Counted from the first letter of the stretch, positions 9,776 to 20,525 are shown. The stretch is DNA of 64,000 bases from an uncultured Thermococci archaeon (GCA_964595645.1 CAZQQT010000003.1:64001-128000); one strand, 5' to 3'. Numbers and translations: made by a program. The notes: generated from the letters alone by a model not told the origin.

Positions 9776-11563
9776 TTAAAGGAGCGCCTCAAGCTGATCG
9801 ACGAACTCCTTGTACTGTTGCATACCGAGCTGCCAGAACTCTGGCTCTGTGAGATCGAATCCCGCGAGAGCAACTAGCTCTTTTGGCGATTTACTGCCGC
9901 CGGCAGCAAGGATTTTCTTTAGTGTCGGAACAAATTCTTCTCCTTCTTTCGTATAGATCTGGTACAGACTCCAGACTAAGAGTTGTGCGGCTACATAGGG
10001 GAAGTTGTAGTAACGGAAGTTGGGCAGATAGTAATGCGGTTTCATGGCGTACTCCCATTTCATCTCATCAAACCATTCTATCGCGTCACCATAGACCTTG
10101 TCTCGCCCCTTCATCCAGTACTGTGCTTGTGTTTCTCCATCAAGGTACTCTTCCCGTTCTATCGCATCGTACATATGCGTTTCGAACCAGTACCTCGCCG
10201 ATACTTGGAATATTGCCATTCCTGCACCATCGAGGATATGAGCTAGTATTGCCTGTTTTTTTTCTTTTTGCTCAGCCTTTTTAAGAAGGAGCTCTGTCAG
10301 CAGTAATTCTCCAAAAATACTTGCTGTTTCTGCGATTATCATGCCGCTGTGTGCACTGAGGAAGGTCTGGGCTCTTTGTGCGTAGTAATTATGGGTTGCG
10401 TGACCCAGTTCATGTGCGAGGGTGTAGAGATCTCCAAGGGACTCCCCGTAACTCTGGAGGATGTACGATGTTGTTCCTCCATACCATGAGCTGCAGAACG
10501 CACCGTTCCGTTTTCCCATACGAATACTCGCGTCGATATGATTTTTTGCAAACATTTCCTTTACTGCAGAGGCATATTCATCACCGAATTCCTCATATGC
10601 TTTTTTTATTAGTTCTTTCGCTTGTTCGTATCCTATCTTTTCTCTGGGTGCATTGGGCAATGGCGCCACGATATCCCAGCACGACAATTTTTTCACTCCA
10701 AGTATTTGTGCCTTTATTTTTAGGTACCTGCGATACAGTGCTATATTTTGTTCCACTACATTCATCAGGTTTTTAAGGGTCTCATACTCGATGTCATTTA
10801 CTATCAATGCCTTCTCCACCGGCCTCTCGTACTTTCTTCTTTCTACGATATTCATCCAATCAGCAGCGATGTTCCTCAGTGCACTTGCATACACAATTTT
10901 ATCTTCACCTAATCCTGTATATATTGCTTTATATGCTGATTCTCGTGTTTTTCTATCAGGGTGATCTAGCAGATTATTTGCCTCCCCATAGGAAATCTCT
11001 TTCTTCTCTCCTTCTACTTCAACCTCAAACGTTCTTGTGTTGAGCCATTCACTCTGTAACTGTGACCACGCTTTTATCCCATACTGATCCTTTTCTATAA
11101 TCAGTTGCTCCTCTGTTTCTGATAACTGGTGTGGAACCTCTCGCTTCAATTTCTCCAGGTAATGTCTATATGCTTCCAGCACTGGATCTTCTACCAGATC
11201 TTTCTCACTGTCTATTCGTTTTCCCAGTTCCAGATCAACGAATGCGAGTTTTTTGTTCAGTTCTGCTCCCATTTCTTTCGTTCGATTGTACAATCGTTGA
11301 TTTTCCGGTACAGTCATATTTGCTGAAAAGGAGAGATATCCAAATGTTTCTACCCTTTCAAGTGGTATTTTTATCTCTTCCAATGTTTCCAATAGTTTTT
11401 TTATTTTTTGAGGACCAAAACCCTCTTTATCAATTTCTCCTTTGCACTCTTCAACAAATTTTTCAGCTGTTTTCCTTATTTTTTCTATTTTTCCGTCTAT
11501 TTTTGAGTCTTTTGGAGATGAAAACATCTCTGTTAAGTCCCATGCTATTTCTTCTTTCTCCAT
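9776..11563 (-). CDS. pepF: oligoendopeptidase F (M3B)
   Basis: N-terminal WDL, KRNGAFC, TLAHELGH zinc motif, AETAS, PHYY, YNFPY; SD GGTGAG before ATG 11563. Confidence 0.9.
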   Translation of the reverse strand: MEKEEIAWDLTEMFSSPKDSKIDGKIEKIRKTAEKFVEECKGEIDKEGFGPQKIKKLLETLEEIKIPLERVETFGYLSFSANMTVPENQRLYNRTKEMGAELNKKLAFVDLELGKRIDSEKDLVEDPVLEAYRHYLEKLKREVPHQLSETEEQLIIEKDQYGIKAWSQLQSEWLNTRTFEVEVEGEKKEISYGEANNLLDHPDRKTRESAYKAIYTGLGEDKIVYASALRNIAADWMNIVERRKYERPVEKALIVNDIEYETLKNLMNVVEQNIALYRRYLKIKAQILGVKKLSCWDIVAPLPNAPREKIGYEQAKELIKKAYEEFGDEYASAVKEMFAKNHIDASIRMGKRNGAFCSSWYGGTTSYILQSYGESLGDLYTLAHELGHATHNYYAQRAQTFLSAHSGMIIAETASIFGELLLTELLLKKAEQKEKKQAILAHILDGAGMAIFQVSARYWFETHMYDAIEREEYLDGETQAQYWMKGRDKVYGDAIEWFDEMKWEYAMKPHYYLPNFRYYNFPYVAAQLLVWSLYQIYTKEGEEFVPTLKKILAAGGSKSPKELVALAGFDLTEPEFWQLGMQQYKEFVDQLEALL

Positions 11564-11649
11564 GCACTCACCATTTATCTGTGAGGGGATGAGAATAAAA
11601 AAATTGTCATATACCAAACCTTTTTTACGCTACTACAAAATTAGTCAAT

Positions 11650-12372
11650 ATGCCACAAAATTTCCACTATCTAAACGAGATGAGGATGGATGAGTTACGA
11701 GATCCATCTCAGTATATCTTCTTTTTGCCTGTAGGAATAAGTGAGGGCCATGGGCGGCATCTCCCCATTGGAACGGACACAATACAAGCAGAGTACGTTA
11801 CAGCGAAGGTTGCTGAGAGGCTCAGCTACATATCTGTCATTGCCCCCACATTACATTACGGCCACTGCAGAGAGACGTCTCCTCTCCCCGGCACACTCTC
11901 AATTTCCTTTGACACCCTCCAACGAGTCACCTACGACATACTCGACCATGCATGCGCACAAGGATTTGAGAGACTAGTACTCATCTCAGGACACGCTGGA
12001 AGAACGCATATGGCTGCGTTGAAACTTGCATGTGAGCGAAGTGTAGACGAGCATAATGTATCAATACTTTTATTGTCTGATTATGATTTTGCCTACGATT
12101 TCAAGGGAGATCTTGTTCCTGAAACAGACGGTCATGGAGGCGAGATAGAGACAGCCAGAGTACTAGATATCCGGGGTGATCTTGTGAGAGAAGATCGACC
12201 TTCGGCAGCAGTTGAGTACCCTCGGTTTCAAGTAATGAAGGATCCAGCCGCGTATTTTTCTGAAGGCGTTATTGGTGATCCTGGTCCGGCCACGAAGGAG
12301 GAAGGAAAGAGAATCAACGAGTATGTGATCGATAGTATTGTTGAATTACTGGAAGCAACGTGGCAACCATAA
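11650..12372 (+). CDS. creatininase family amidohydrolase
   Basis: PVG..EGHG.HLP.GTD, SGHAG, HGGEIET, GVIGDP. Confidence 0.9.
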   Translation: MPQNFHYLNEMRMDELRDPSQYIFFLPVGISEGHGRHLPIGTDTIQAEYVTAKVAERLSYISVIAPTLHYGHCRETSPLPGTLSISFDTLQRVTYDILDHACAQGFERLVLISGHAGRTHMAALKLACERSVDEHNVSILLLSDYDFAYDFKGDLVPETDGHGGEIETARVLDIRGDLVREDRPSAAVEYPRFQVMKDPAAYFSEGVIGDPGPATKEEGKRINEYVIDSIVELLEATWQP

Positions 12373-12405
12373 CATTTTAAAAGTACTCCTCGTGGACATG
12401 GGTCA

Positions 12406-13629
12406 ATGGGGCGTGTAAGAAAAGAGATCACCGATTATCTCAATCGTCTGAAGTCCTTTTCAAAAAATTCAAAACTATTCTTAGGAAGTTACGCGTTAGT
12501 ACGAATAGGGTGGGGCATTTTTCGGGTGATCTTTAATCTTTATATCCTGGAATTGGGATACTCAGGAGGATTTCTCGGCGCATTAATCTCTACAAACCTC
12601 GTTGCCTCAGCACTTTTTCTTTTTCCTGGAGGAGCAATCTCTGATCGAATTGGACGACAAAAAACCTTGTTGATTGCCACCATACTGATGTCAGGGTCGA
12701 TTCTCACGTTGGCTACAATGCAGGAGAGATATCTCCTTTTATTGGCAAACGGGGTGAGAGGAATTTCACGATCACTTTTTAGGACGACAGTAGCACCGCT
12801 TATGATGGAACAGAGTGATGATTATGAACGAATGCATCTTTTCTCTGTTACCGCCGCGTTACGAAGCTTTTCAGCGATGATTGGGAATCTTCTCGGCGGA
12901 TTTCTTCCCCCTCTTTTCGCAGCCATCATCGTGGGGGGCCTTTCAGTGCAGTACCAGTTCACTTGGGGCATGGCAGGCGCATTGATATTAGTGGCATCTA
13001 TCCCACTTATTTTTATCAAAGAAGGAAAGAAAATTAGAAAAAAAGTACAAATTTCTCCTCAAAAGCTATTTTCAGGCAAACGAAGCTTTGTACTACAGTT
13101 TACTCTCTGCAGTATTATCATCGGACTGGGTGCAGGTATTATTGTCCCATACTTCAATGTGTATTTCTCCGAGGTACTCCACGCAACATCGGGACAAATT
13201 GGGATGATGTTCTCGGCCGGTGCACTAACTATGACGATCGCTTCATTAATTCTCCCCCTCTCGGTACGACGACTGGGACGGGTACGTTCTACGGTGTTAA
13301 CACGATATCTCTCTATTCCTTTCCTTCTATTGATGATGATAGCGGTTACCCTGCCCGTTGCATTTATTGGATATTTCATGCGGATGACACTGATGAATGT
13401 CTCCCATCCTGCCCAGCGAAACTTCTATATGGATCACATCGTAGCACATGAGCGAGGGAAGGCAAATGGTGTCGCTCAGTTTGGAGCTACTATCTTCCGG
13501 GCTGCAGGCTCCAAGATAGGAGGATTCTTAATTGATACTGGGAACTTTTCCCGAGCATTCCAGTTTACAGCTGTCATGTACACAGTAGGTACAAGTGTGT
13601 TCTATTCATTTTTCAGGAAAAAAGAGTAG
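12406..13629 (+). CDS. MFS transporter
   Basis: About 12 TM segments; motif A GAISDRIGRQK. Confidence 0.9.
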   Translation: MGRVRKEITDYLNRLKSFSKNSKLFLGSYALVRIGWGIFRVIFNLYILELGYSGGFLGALISTNLVASALFLFPGGAISDRIGRQKTLLIATILMSGSILTLATMQERYLLLLANGVRGISRSLFRTTVAPLMMEQSDDYERMHLFSVTAALRSFSAMIGNLLGGFLPPLFAAIIVGGLSVQYQFTWGMAGALILVASIPLIFIKEGKKIRKKVQISPQKLFSGKRSFVLQFTLCSIIIGLGAGIIVPYFNVYFSEVLHATSGQIGMMFSAGALTMTIASLILPLSVRRLGRVRSTVLTRYLSIPFLLLMMIAVTLPVAFIGYFMRMTLMNVSHPAQRNFYMDHIVAHERGKANGVAQFGATIFRAAGSKIGGFLIDTGNFSRAFQFTAVMYTVGTSVFYSFFRKKE

Positions 13630-13664
13630 AAAAATATATAAGGTAAAAAGAAGAACAATATTAT

Positions 13665-14357
13665 ATGCAACACATAAAAAAGGCTGTTTACGTGACATTT
13701 CTGTTCATGTTCCTTTTTTTAGCATCTGCAAGAGCTTCATGGGTAGAAATATGGTTGGAAGAGGGTGAGTGTAGTGATGCAACATTTTACTCTGGTGACA
13801 CCGTGTACTTCTATTTTCAAGCTGAAAGAGATTGCAACGCTACGGTAATATTGGAGACACCCTGGGTAGAGAAGACATTAGTAGAGCGTACGGAACTAAG
13901 AGCATGCAGAATATATCGCACCTATTACGATATTGGTGTAGGAGTTACACGGTCGGACTGGTGGGAGTTACGAATTGAAGCTGAAGACGCTACAGGACAT
14001 ATAGTAGTGGCAACATGTACCTTCTACGTCCCTGTGAAAAAGCCAACAACAACGCCACCTTCTACCACGCCGCCAGAAACAACGACCCCTCCACCCACAA
14101 CAGCTCCTCCAACAACGAGTGCGCCAACGACCTCACCACCTACCACTGCACCTCCCACAACACTTGCACCCACCACCGTATCCCCGAGTTCACCAACAGA
14201 ACCTCCCCCTACGATACAACCGACAACGTTGGCTCCACGTGCGTATTCCCCTCCTACAACGGCACCGCCACGGTATACGCCCCTCCTTCTTGCAGGAGTA
14301 TTGTCAGCTGCTGTGGTCTTCATCATGCTCTACCTCCTGCTCATGAAAAGACCGTAA
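13665..14357 (+). CDS. membrane-anchored secreted protein with Pro/Thr-rich stalk
   Basis: Signal peptide, beta-rich domain, PPTT repeats, C-terminal TM and basic tail. Confidence 0.8.
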   Translation: MQHIKKAVYVTFLFMFLFLASARASWVEIWLEEGECSDATFYSGDTVYFYFQAERDCNATVILETPWVEKTLVERTELRACRIYRTYYDIGVGVTRSDWWELRIEAEDATGHIVVATCTFYVPVKKPTTTPPSTTPPETTTPPPTTAPPTTSAPTTSPPTTAPPTTLAPTTVSPSSPTEPPPTIQPTTLAPRAYSPPTTAPPRYTPLLLAGVLSAAVVFIMLYLLLMKRP

Positions 14358-14411
14358 CCTATGAGCAGCGAAAAGAATAACACAATGTATATAAATTACA
14401 CAACTGTAGGT

Positions 14412-15086
14412 ATGACAATGGTATGTAGAAAGTTGAGAATCGCAGATATTGTCGGCGGTAAATGGGACGAAGAGACACGATCTCTCAGCACAATCTTAGG
14501 GGAGACAACAGAAGTGCGGGCCTTTGGAACAGTGATGGATAAGTTTATTTCAGAGGATGAAAATTACTCTCATCTCATTCTCGATGACGGAACAGAGACG
14601 ATACGAATCAAGACGTGGCGAGACGATGTGGAGAGACTGAACGGCATCGAAAAGGGTGATATTGTAGATGTTATTGGACGGCTGAGTTACTATAATGAAG
14701 AAATTTACATATCGCCGAAGATAGTGAAGAAGATTCCCTACAATTTCTGGCTTTTACGTCATCTAGAAATAGTAGAACTCCTCGAAACACTCCCCGAAGA
14801 AGAGCGGGAAATAGAGAAAATCGACGAATCTAAAGAGCCAGAAGAAGAGATTGTGACTGAGGATGTAGCGAAAACAGAGGAAGTAGACGAGGTAGATATC
14901 CTCGATACTGACGAAACGGCAAAAACGATACTCGAGCTTCTGGATTCCGAAGAATTAAGTAGAGACGAGATCGTTGAGAGGACAGCGTTCGATGAGATCG
15001 ATGTTGAATTGGCACTTCGAGAACTTATAGATGAAGAAAAAATAGAAGAGAAAGAAGGAAAGTTTATGGCAGTATCACAGCAGTAA
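14412..15086 (+). CDS. replication protein A subunit, RPA32/Rpa2-like (OB-fold plus winged helix)
   Basis: LDDGTETIRIK OB signature, acidic linker, C-terminal wHTH. Confidence 0.8.
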   Translation: MTMVCRKLRIADIVGGKWDEETRSLSTILGETTEVRAFGTVMDKFISEDENYSHLILDDGTETIRIKTWRDDVERLNGIEKGDIVDVIGRLSYYNEEIYISPKIVKKIPYNFWLLRHLEIVELLETLPEEEREIEKIDESKEPEEEIVTEDVAKTEEVDEVDILDTDETAKTILELLDSEELSRDEIVERTAFDEIDVELALRELIDEEKIEEKEGKFMAVSQQ

Positions 15087-16320
15087 GCTCTATTTGTAGC
15101 CTGTCTGTCTCCTCGAGTTCATCCCACCAGTACGTTTTGATGGTGACATCTGCTTTGACGAGTCCTACCTCTTCAGCGTACCAGTGGTACCCTTCTTCTA
15201 TCCACGTCGTTTTTCCCCAGTCTTCGTTGTAGTGTGGCGAGAGGAACTCCACGGTGTGCTTCATATAGTACTTAACCTTCGCACAGCGATAGGTCTCACC
15301 GCCTGCCTCGATCTCCTCGAACTCTTCAGTGTAGATTCGTCGTTCATAGTTCCCTCGTCCTTCCACGTAGCCTGATCCCCCTAACCAACTAAAGCTCTCT
15401 GCATACATGCAAAACGTACCGTTATCGACCTTTTCATCTCCCTGTACAAGGGGGTAGACATTTGGTACTGCACTTCTATATTTCCCTGTACAAAAAGGCC
15501 ATTCTTCCGGTATGGAAGACCATTTGCTGTATATAATCACATATCCACTAAAGAATGCTGTTTTATGACCACCAATTGCAGTGCTTATGATTCCTTGGAG
15601 GTCCCAGTTGCTGCTATAGATGTAGGTGTAATCACCGCGCCAGTATGTGTCATCAGGATTAGTAGTCCACCAGTCGGTCACTCCCCATCTGAACCACGGT
15701 GTTCTCTTTTCTCTATAGGATTGATTGTAGGAGATGGTCGATCCCCACTCGTTGCCGCCGACGGTGATCAGGTAGTTTAGCCGTGTCCCCAGCTCGTACG
15801 CGGGACGATCGATCCTGTTCCGTTCCTCCGGTGGAGCGGTAGGTTGCGGGGTCGTTGGTGGCGCTGTGGTAGGCGCTGCCGTCGTAGTCGGCGCAGCGGT
15901 CGTCGGTGCCGGCGTTTCTTTCGGCGAGACGACAATCGTTTTCGCGAAGTTTCCCGTGGCGATCTCGATGGTCCCCTCATTCTGGAGTTCCACCTGGAAG
16001 TCCACGGTGGTGGTACTTTGTCCGTCCAGCTCAATGTTCTTGGTCTGTGAGCTGTTCCCCACGGTGATGAGGACCGTGTAGCTCCCCGAGGTCTCCCCGG
16101 TGTTCTTCACGTCGACGAGGACGGTCAGCGTGTCGCCTATCGTGGGAGTGGTGGGAGAGACACGGAGGTCCGTGATCTCGAACGCCGCAGGTGCAGTTGT
16201 GGTCGGTGCTGCCGTGGTCGGAGGCGGCGTGGTCGTTTCCGGTTGTGTACCTATACAGCCAGCGAACAATACGATGATCAGTGTGGTTTCTATCAATTTT
16301 TTAATAACAGCGTTTTTCAT
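15064..16320 (-). CDS. surface lipoprotein with CARDB/Ig-like domain and TTAAP repeats
   Basis: Lipobox LFAGC, V.NTG...G CARDB pattern, two Pro/Thr/Ala linkers, aromatic C-terminal domain (WYAEEVGLVK). Confidence 0.8.
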   Translation of the reverse strand: MKNAVIKKLIETTLIIVLFAGCIGTQPETTTPPPTTAAPTTTAPAAFEITDLRVSPTTPTIGDTLTVLVDVKNTGETSGSYTVLITVGNSSQTKNIELDGQSTTTVDFQVELQNEGTIEIATGNFAKTIVVSPKETPAPTTAAPTTTAAPTTAPPTTPQPTAPPEERNRIDRPAYELGTRLNYLITVGGNEWGSTISYNQSYREKRTPWFRWGVTDWWTTNPDDTYWRGDYTYIYSSNWDLQGIISTAIGGHKTAFFSGYVIIYSKWSSIPEEWPFCTGKYRSAVPNVYPLVQGDEKVDNGTFCMYAESFSWLGGSGYVEGRGNYERRIYTEEFEEIEAGGETYRCAKVKYYMKHTVEFLSPHYNEDWGKTTWIEEGYHWYAEEVGLVKADVTIKTYWWDELEETDRLQIELTAVILP

Positions 16321-16381
16321 ACTCAATAAACAATACGTTTCTTTACTTATAGTTTTCGGTCTCACAGAGTATACAAATAAA

Positions 16382-17305
16382 CTATATGTACTCAATAGTG
16401 CTTGGAGGCTTCGGTGTGATATCATAAACTACCTTCGTCACTTCAGGAATCGCATCTAGGATTCTATCCCTCACGCTCTCCAATTTTTTCCAGGAGATCT
16501 CGGTAGGAGATGCAGTGAGTGCATCCTTCGATTCTACACATCGTACTGCGATAATATTGCCGAATATACGTTTTCCATCCTTGACACCAGTAGCTCTATC
16601 CGTCAACAATACAGCCAACGTCTGAAAGGGATTTAGCGGCAAGAGTTCTTCTTCCACGATTTTCGTTGCTTTTCTTACCATGGAGACTCGTGCTGGTGTT
16701 ACCTCTCCGATTACCCTGCACGCGAGACCGGGACCAGGGAATGGAATTCTGTTCCATGTCTCCTCAGGAAGTCCAAGCGCCTTTCCTACCTCCCTCACCT
16801 GGTGCTTGTAGATATCCCGTAACGGCTCCACGATGGTCAGTCCATACTCCTTGGGATCGACACCTATCTGTTCCAACACATTGTGCTGTGTTTTGATTCC
16901 TCTCTTTGTCTCCTTAATGTCGGTAGCGATTGTCCCTTGTATCAGATACTCTGCATCGAGTTGTTTCAGTGTCCGTCCCAGTACAGTATAAAACGTGTTT
17001 CTAAAGGCTTTTCTTTTCTCTTCAGGATCTGTAACACCCTGCAAGTTCTCAAAAAATTCGTCTTGTGCGTTGATAAGTATCGTATCAAGGCCGTTATCCT
17101 CAAAGAATGACTTCACCTCTTCAGCTTCGTTTTCCCGCATTAATCCATCGTCAATAAATACTACAGTTAGATCTTCCAGTACAGTGTGCGCGAGAAATGT
17201 GCATACAGTACTATCTACTCCACCTGAGGCAGCAATTACGGTCTTTCCTTCTATCTCTTCTAGTTCTTGTTTTTTCTTTTCAATATACGACTCTGCGTCA
17301 AACAT
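16382..17305 (-). CDS. guaAB: GMP synthase, ATP pyrophosphatase subunit B
   Basis: SGGVDS PP-loop, IKTQHN, PFPGPGL, YDITPKPPSTIE. Confidence 0.95.
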   Translation of the reverse strand: MFDAESYIEKKKQELEEIEGKTVIAASGGVDSTVCTFLAHTVLEDLTVVFIDDGLMRENEAEEVKSFFEDNGLDTILINAQDEFFENLQGVTDPEEKRKAFRNTFYTVLGRTLKQLDAEYLIQGTIATDIKETKRGIKTQHNVLEQIGVDPKEYGLTIVEPLRDIYKHQVREVGKALGLPEETWNRIPFPGPGLACRVIGEVTPARVSMVRKATKIVEEELLPLNPFQTLAVLLTDRATGVKDGKRIFGNIIAVRCVESKDALTASPTEISWKKLESVRDRILDAIPEVTKVVYDITPKPPSTIEYI

Positions 17306-17379
17306 GCATTCTTTTCGTTGTGAAGGTTTAAAATCCTTTTGCGGGAAACAATTATAAACCGTGACTACTACTTACGAAC

Positions 17380-18396
17380 ATGAGTGACAAATTGTTTGTT
17401 CGCGCTGGAAAAACGATTGTCGAGACGTGTTCACGACTTATGCCCTCAGAACATGTGGTAATCGTCACCGATGAAGAAACAAAGAAAATTGGAAAGACTG
17501 TTGCTGTTCAAGCGGAAAAAATTGCAGATAACGTGAGTGTACATGTGTTGGAGGAATATGGAGACCGTCCTCTCTCCACCTTACCCAAGCCAATAGAAAG
17601 GGATGTGAAGGAGGGAGACGTCACCTACTTCGCTGCTCAATCGAAAGAGGGAGAGTTACCACAGTTTAGACGGCCGTTAATTGAACTGGCCACCGAGTAT
17701 GGAAGGGAGATACATATGCCCAACATCGATGAGACCATCGTGAAAACAGGATTACAGGCAGATTACTATACGATTGCATCGTTGACATACCGTATTGCAG
17801 GCATGGCGGTTCGTGCGAAAACGGTACGGGTTACTACACCTGCAGGAACTGATATTACAGCTACATTTTCGCCCAACCTAAAATGGGTTCCCGACACGGG
17901 TCTTTTATGGTATCGGGGGATGTTTGGTAACCTGCCTGCAGGAGAAGTCTTTACCTGTCCGAAGAGCGTTGAGGGCACGATGATAGTAGATGGTATTCTT
18001 GGCGATTTTTTCAACGAGAAATATGGAACCCTCGGGGACACACCACTCACTATTCCACTCCACAAAGGGAGAGCAAAAGTAGAGGATATCACATGTGAAA
18101 ATGATCAACTGCTGAATGAGTTCCAACAGTACCTCACCGAGGACGAGCACGCTAATAGAGTGGGTGAATTCGCCTGTGGGACGAACACAGCACTTGATTC
18201 TTTGGTAAGTAATCTCCTCCAGGATGAGAAGTTCCCAGGAATCCATCTTGCCTTTGGATACCCATATCCTAAGAAGACAGGCGCTAACTGGGAATCAGGA
18301 GGGCATGTGGACGGTATTCTCAAGGACTGCTCTGTATGGTTTGACGACGTACAGATTATGGAGGATGGAGCGTTTATCATAGAAGAGGGGTTCTAA
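17380..18396 (+). CDS. M29-family aminopeptidase
   Basis: GNLPAGEVF, GEFACGTN, QDEK, HLAFG, HVD. Confidence 0.85.
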   Translation: MSDKLFVRAGKTIVETCSRLMPSEHVVIVTDEETKKIGKTVAVQAEKIADNVSVHVLEEYGDRPLSTLPKPIERDVKEGDVTYFAAQSKEGELPQFRRPLIELATEYGREIHMPNIDETIVKTGLQADYYTIASLTYRIAGMAVRAKTVRVTTPAGTDITATFSPNLKWVPDTGLLWYRGMFGNLPAGEVFTCPKSVEGTMIVDGILGDFFNEKYGTLGDTPLTIPLHKGRAKVEDITCENDQLLNEFQQYLTEDEHANRVGEFACGTNTALDSLVSNLLQDEKFPGIHLAFGYPYPKKTGANWESGGHVDGILKDCSVWFDDVQIMEDGAFIIEEGF

Positions 18397-18419
18397 GAAA
18401 GAATAGAAAGGGAAAAAAA

Positions 18420-20525
18420 TTAGGAGATAAATTCCTCTGTCCATTTGGGGAGTGGAGGCTTAGCCATCTGCTGCCACTGTTCATCGGTGAGTCTGTCGTC
18501 CATTGGCCATTTAAACTCGTAGTAGGAAAACACTGGTCCCTCCGTTAAATACGTCCTTCCTTCGTTCTGAACGACTGCATAGAGTCTGAATACGTTTCCA
18601 ACAGCTTCCTCGAGAACTTTTCCAGTATTGGTATCCGTGTGAACGTCTGCAACTATCTCTACAGACTCATCCGTTTCTGATTCTTCCGCTGTTTCGAAGG
18701 TGCAGAGTGTTTCTATCGTGTCGCCAATATTCCATATTGTTCGGTATTCTTCTTCGGTGAGAGATTTATTCTCGAGTTCTTTTTCAGCGATTGTTTTTAA
18801 TGAGAGCAGCAAACTCTCTAAATTCTGGAGTTTTGTTTTGTACTCGTCGAGGAGCAGTCCTCGTGTTTCTAACCCTTGTCGGGTCATTTTGGTAAGAGAT
18901 GCGAGCCGTGCATAGACATGAGGCTGTGGTTCCACATACCCCTTTGTCAGTTCCGGTGGCGTGGGTATCGACGTGGCTTTTATTGTGTAGCTCTGTTTTG
19001 CGTAGAGTATCGTATCATGCCGCAGTTCTGTCCATGAACCCAGCGCAGTGAACAATTGTTTTCGTGTCCACGCAGTATTCTGCATAAACTCTGGGTATCC
19101 TTTCTCTTTCTCCTCAAGCAATGGACGCAGGCTGTAGAGCCAGCTCCAGTAGAGATTCTGTGTCCAGTCCTTCTCATTGAGCGAGTGAAACTCATTTTGT
19201 AGTTTTTCCATCTGTTTGTCGTAGTTGTTATACTCTGTGTCTCCTTCCTCTTCTAGGATGTTCAACGCCTCCTCCGAGTCCAAGACTGCGAGCACATCCA
19301 GTCCACGTGGAAATCCACGGATGGGTCCTGCCTGTGATGGCACAAGAGTAAAGGGTTCATTATTCCCTTGGTACTGTAAGACTTTATCGTATACCAACTG
19401 TTGGAAGATGTAGGAGTCTGGAATAAACCGCTGCCCCATAAATCTGAATCCTTTGGTCACTTCTTCAGATTTTTCCACATCGTAGACAAAGGACGACGTG
19501 ATTCGTGGATCTCGGCATGTTTTTGCTATGGATATGAACTCATCCAATTTCTCATCAATATCTGTGATAGTATCCCCGTAGACTTCTTTTATCATGGCCT
19601 TGTATTCATAGACGTTGAGATCGTCAGTTTTTCCAACAAAAAACACTGTTGGATCGTAGATTTTTTCCCAAAGTTTCATATCTTCCTCGTTCATTGCATT
19701 TACAATGAGTATCGCTTGTCTTGTTTCTTCTCGTCCCTTTTCTTTTGCTTCAGGAGTCTTACCAGGCTCTAATCTGAACATCATCCGTCCGTACCACATC
19801 ATTGCCTTGAAGTATTGTTTTAATTCTTCTGAGCGAGTATAATGTCCTCGTGGAACATACTGCGAGTAATCTCCTTTGTACTCGAAGATAGGTGATTTTG
19901 CGAAGCCCTCGTGTGATTGTATCAATGAAAGTTCCAGTTCCACTTCTGCAGCCACAATATCCGAGACATTATATGAGTCATCCAGCAGTTTCATAGCCAC
20001 TGAGAAATAGGCGAGATTTTTTTGTGCTGCTTCTTTTATTGTCCCTTCAGAAGTTTTGTACTGTTCTATCGATGCGTCAATCATTGATTTTGTCAGTGTT
20101 TGTAGATCTTCTGTGAATTTTTCCGTTTCGAGAATTCTCAGTGTATAATCGTAGAGAATGTGGTATGTGTGGAGCATGGAGTCTGTGGTGACGAATATAG
20201 GAACATTATTTTTTTTGCATCGTGTATAGATATCATAGAACTGTTTCTCATTGCTGGGAACAACAACAAATCCATTCTCATTTAAAACGTTCTTCTGTTC
20301 TTCCGTAAGCGAAAATTTTTCTATATTCTCAGGTGTAAACTCGTATGTGTCTACTTGAGGTGTAATATCTATAGCGTACTGTTCATATGGAGCGAACCCC
20401 TGTTCCACAACTATCTCTCCTGGTTTCAATGGTGTTTTTTCTGGGGTTTCTGTAGATTTTTCTCCTTCCGAGACACACCCGGAAAGTAGTATTCCTGTTA
20501 TCACTAATAGCGCTATCTTTTTCAT
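18420..20525 (-). CDS. DUF3160-domain lipoprotein
   Basis: Lipobox LLSGC; DYSQY.PRGHY, FMGQRF.PDS, SWTELRHDTILYAKQ, GYVEP, ADVHT, GPVFSYYEF. Confidence 0.88.
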   Translation of the reverse strand: MKKIALLVITGILLSGCVSEGEKSTETPEKTPLKPGEIVVEQGFAPYEQYAIDITPQVDTYEFTPENIEKFSLTEEQKNVLNENGFVVVPSNEKQFYDIYTRCKKNNVPIFVTTDSMLHTYHILYDYTLRILETEKFTEDLQTLTKSMIDASIEQYKTSEGTIKEAAQKNLAYFSVAMKLLDDSYNVSDIVAAEVELELSLIQSHEGFAKSPIFEYKGDYSQYVPRGHYTRSEELKQYFKAMMWYGRMMFRLEPGKTPEAKEKGREETRQAILIVNAMNEEDMKLWEKIYDPTVFFVGKTDDLNVYEYKAMIKEVYGDTITDIDEKLDEFISIAKTCRDPRITSSFVYDVEKSEEVTKGFRFMGQRFIPDSYIFQQLVYDKVLQYQGNNEPFTLVPSQAGPIRGFPRGLDVLAVLDSEEALNILEEEGDTEYNNYDKQMEKLQNEFHSLNEKDWTQNLYWSWLYSLRPLLEEKEKGYPEFMQNTAWTRKQLFTALGSWTELRHDTILYAKQSYTIKATSIPTPPELTKGYVEPQPHVYARLASLTKMTRQGLETRGLLLDEYKTKLQNLESLLLSLKTIAEKELENKSLTEEEYRTIWNIGDTIETLCTFETAEESETDESVEIVADVHTDTNTGKVLEEAVGNVFRLYAVVQNEGRTYLTEGPVFSYYEFKWPMDDRLTDEQWQQMAKPPLPKWTEEFIS

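Noticed and set aside
14040-14275. Repetitive DNA as CRISPR or tandem array (also 15840-15910 and 16185-16240)
   Set aside because: Degenerate codon-level repeats encoding Pro/Thr linkers; no constant repeat-spacer structure and no cas genes.
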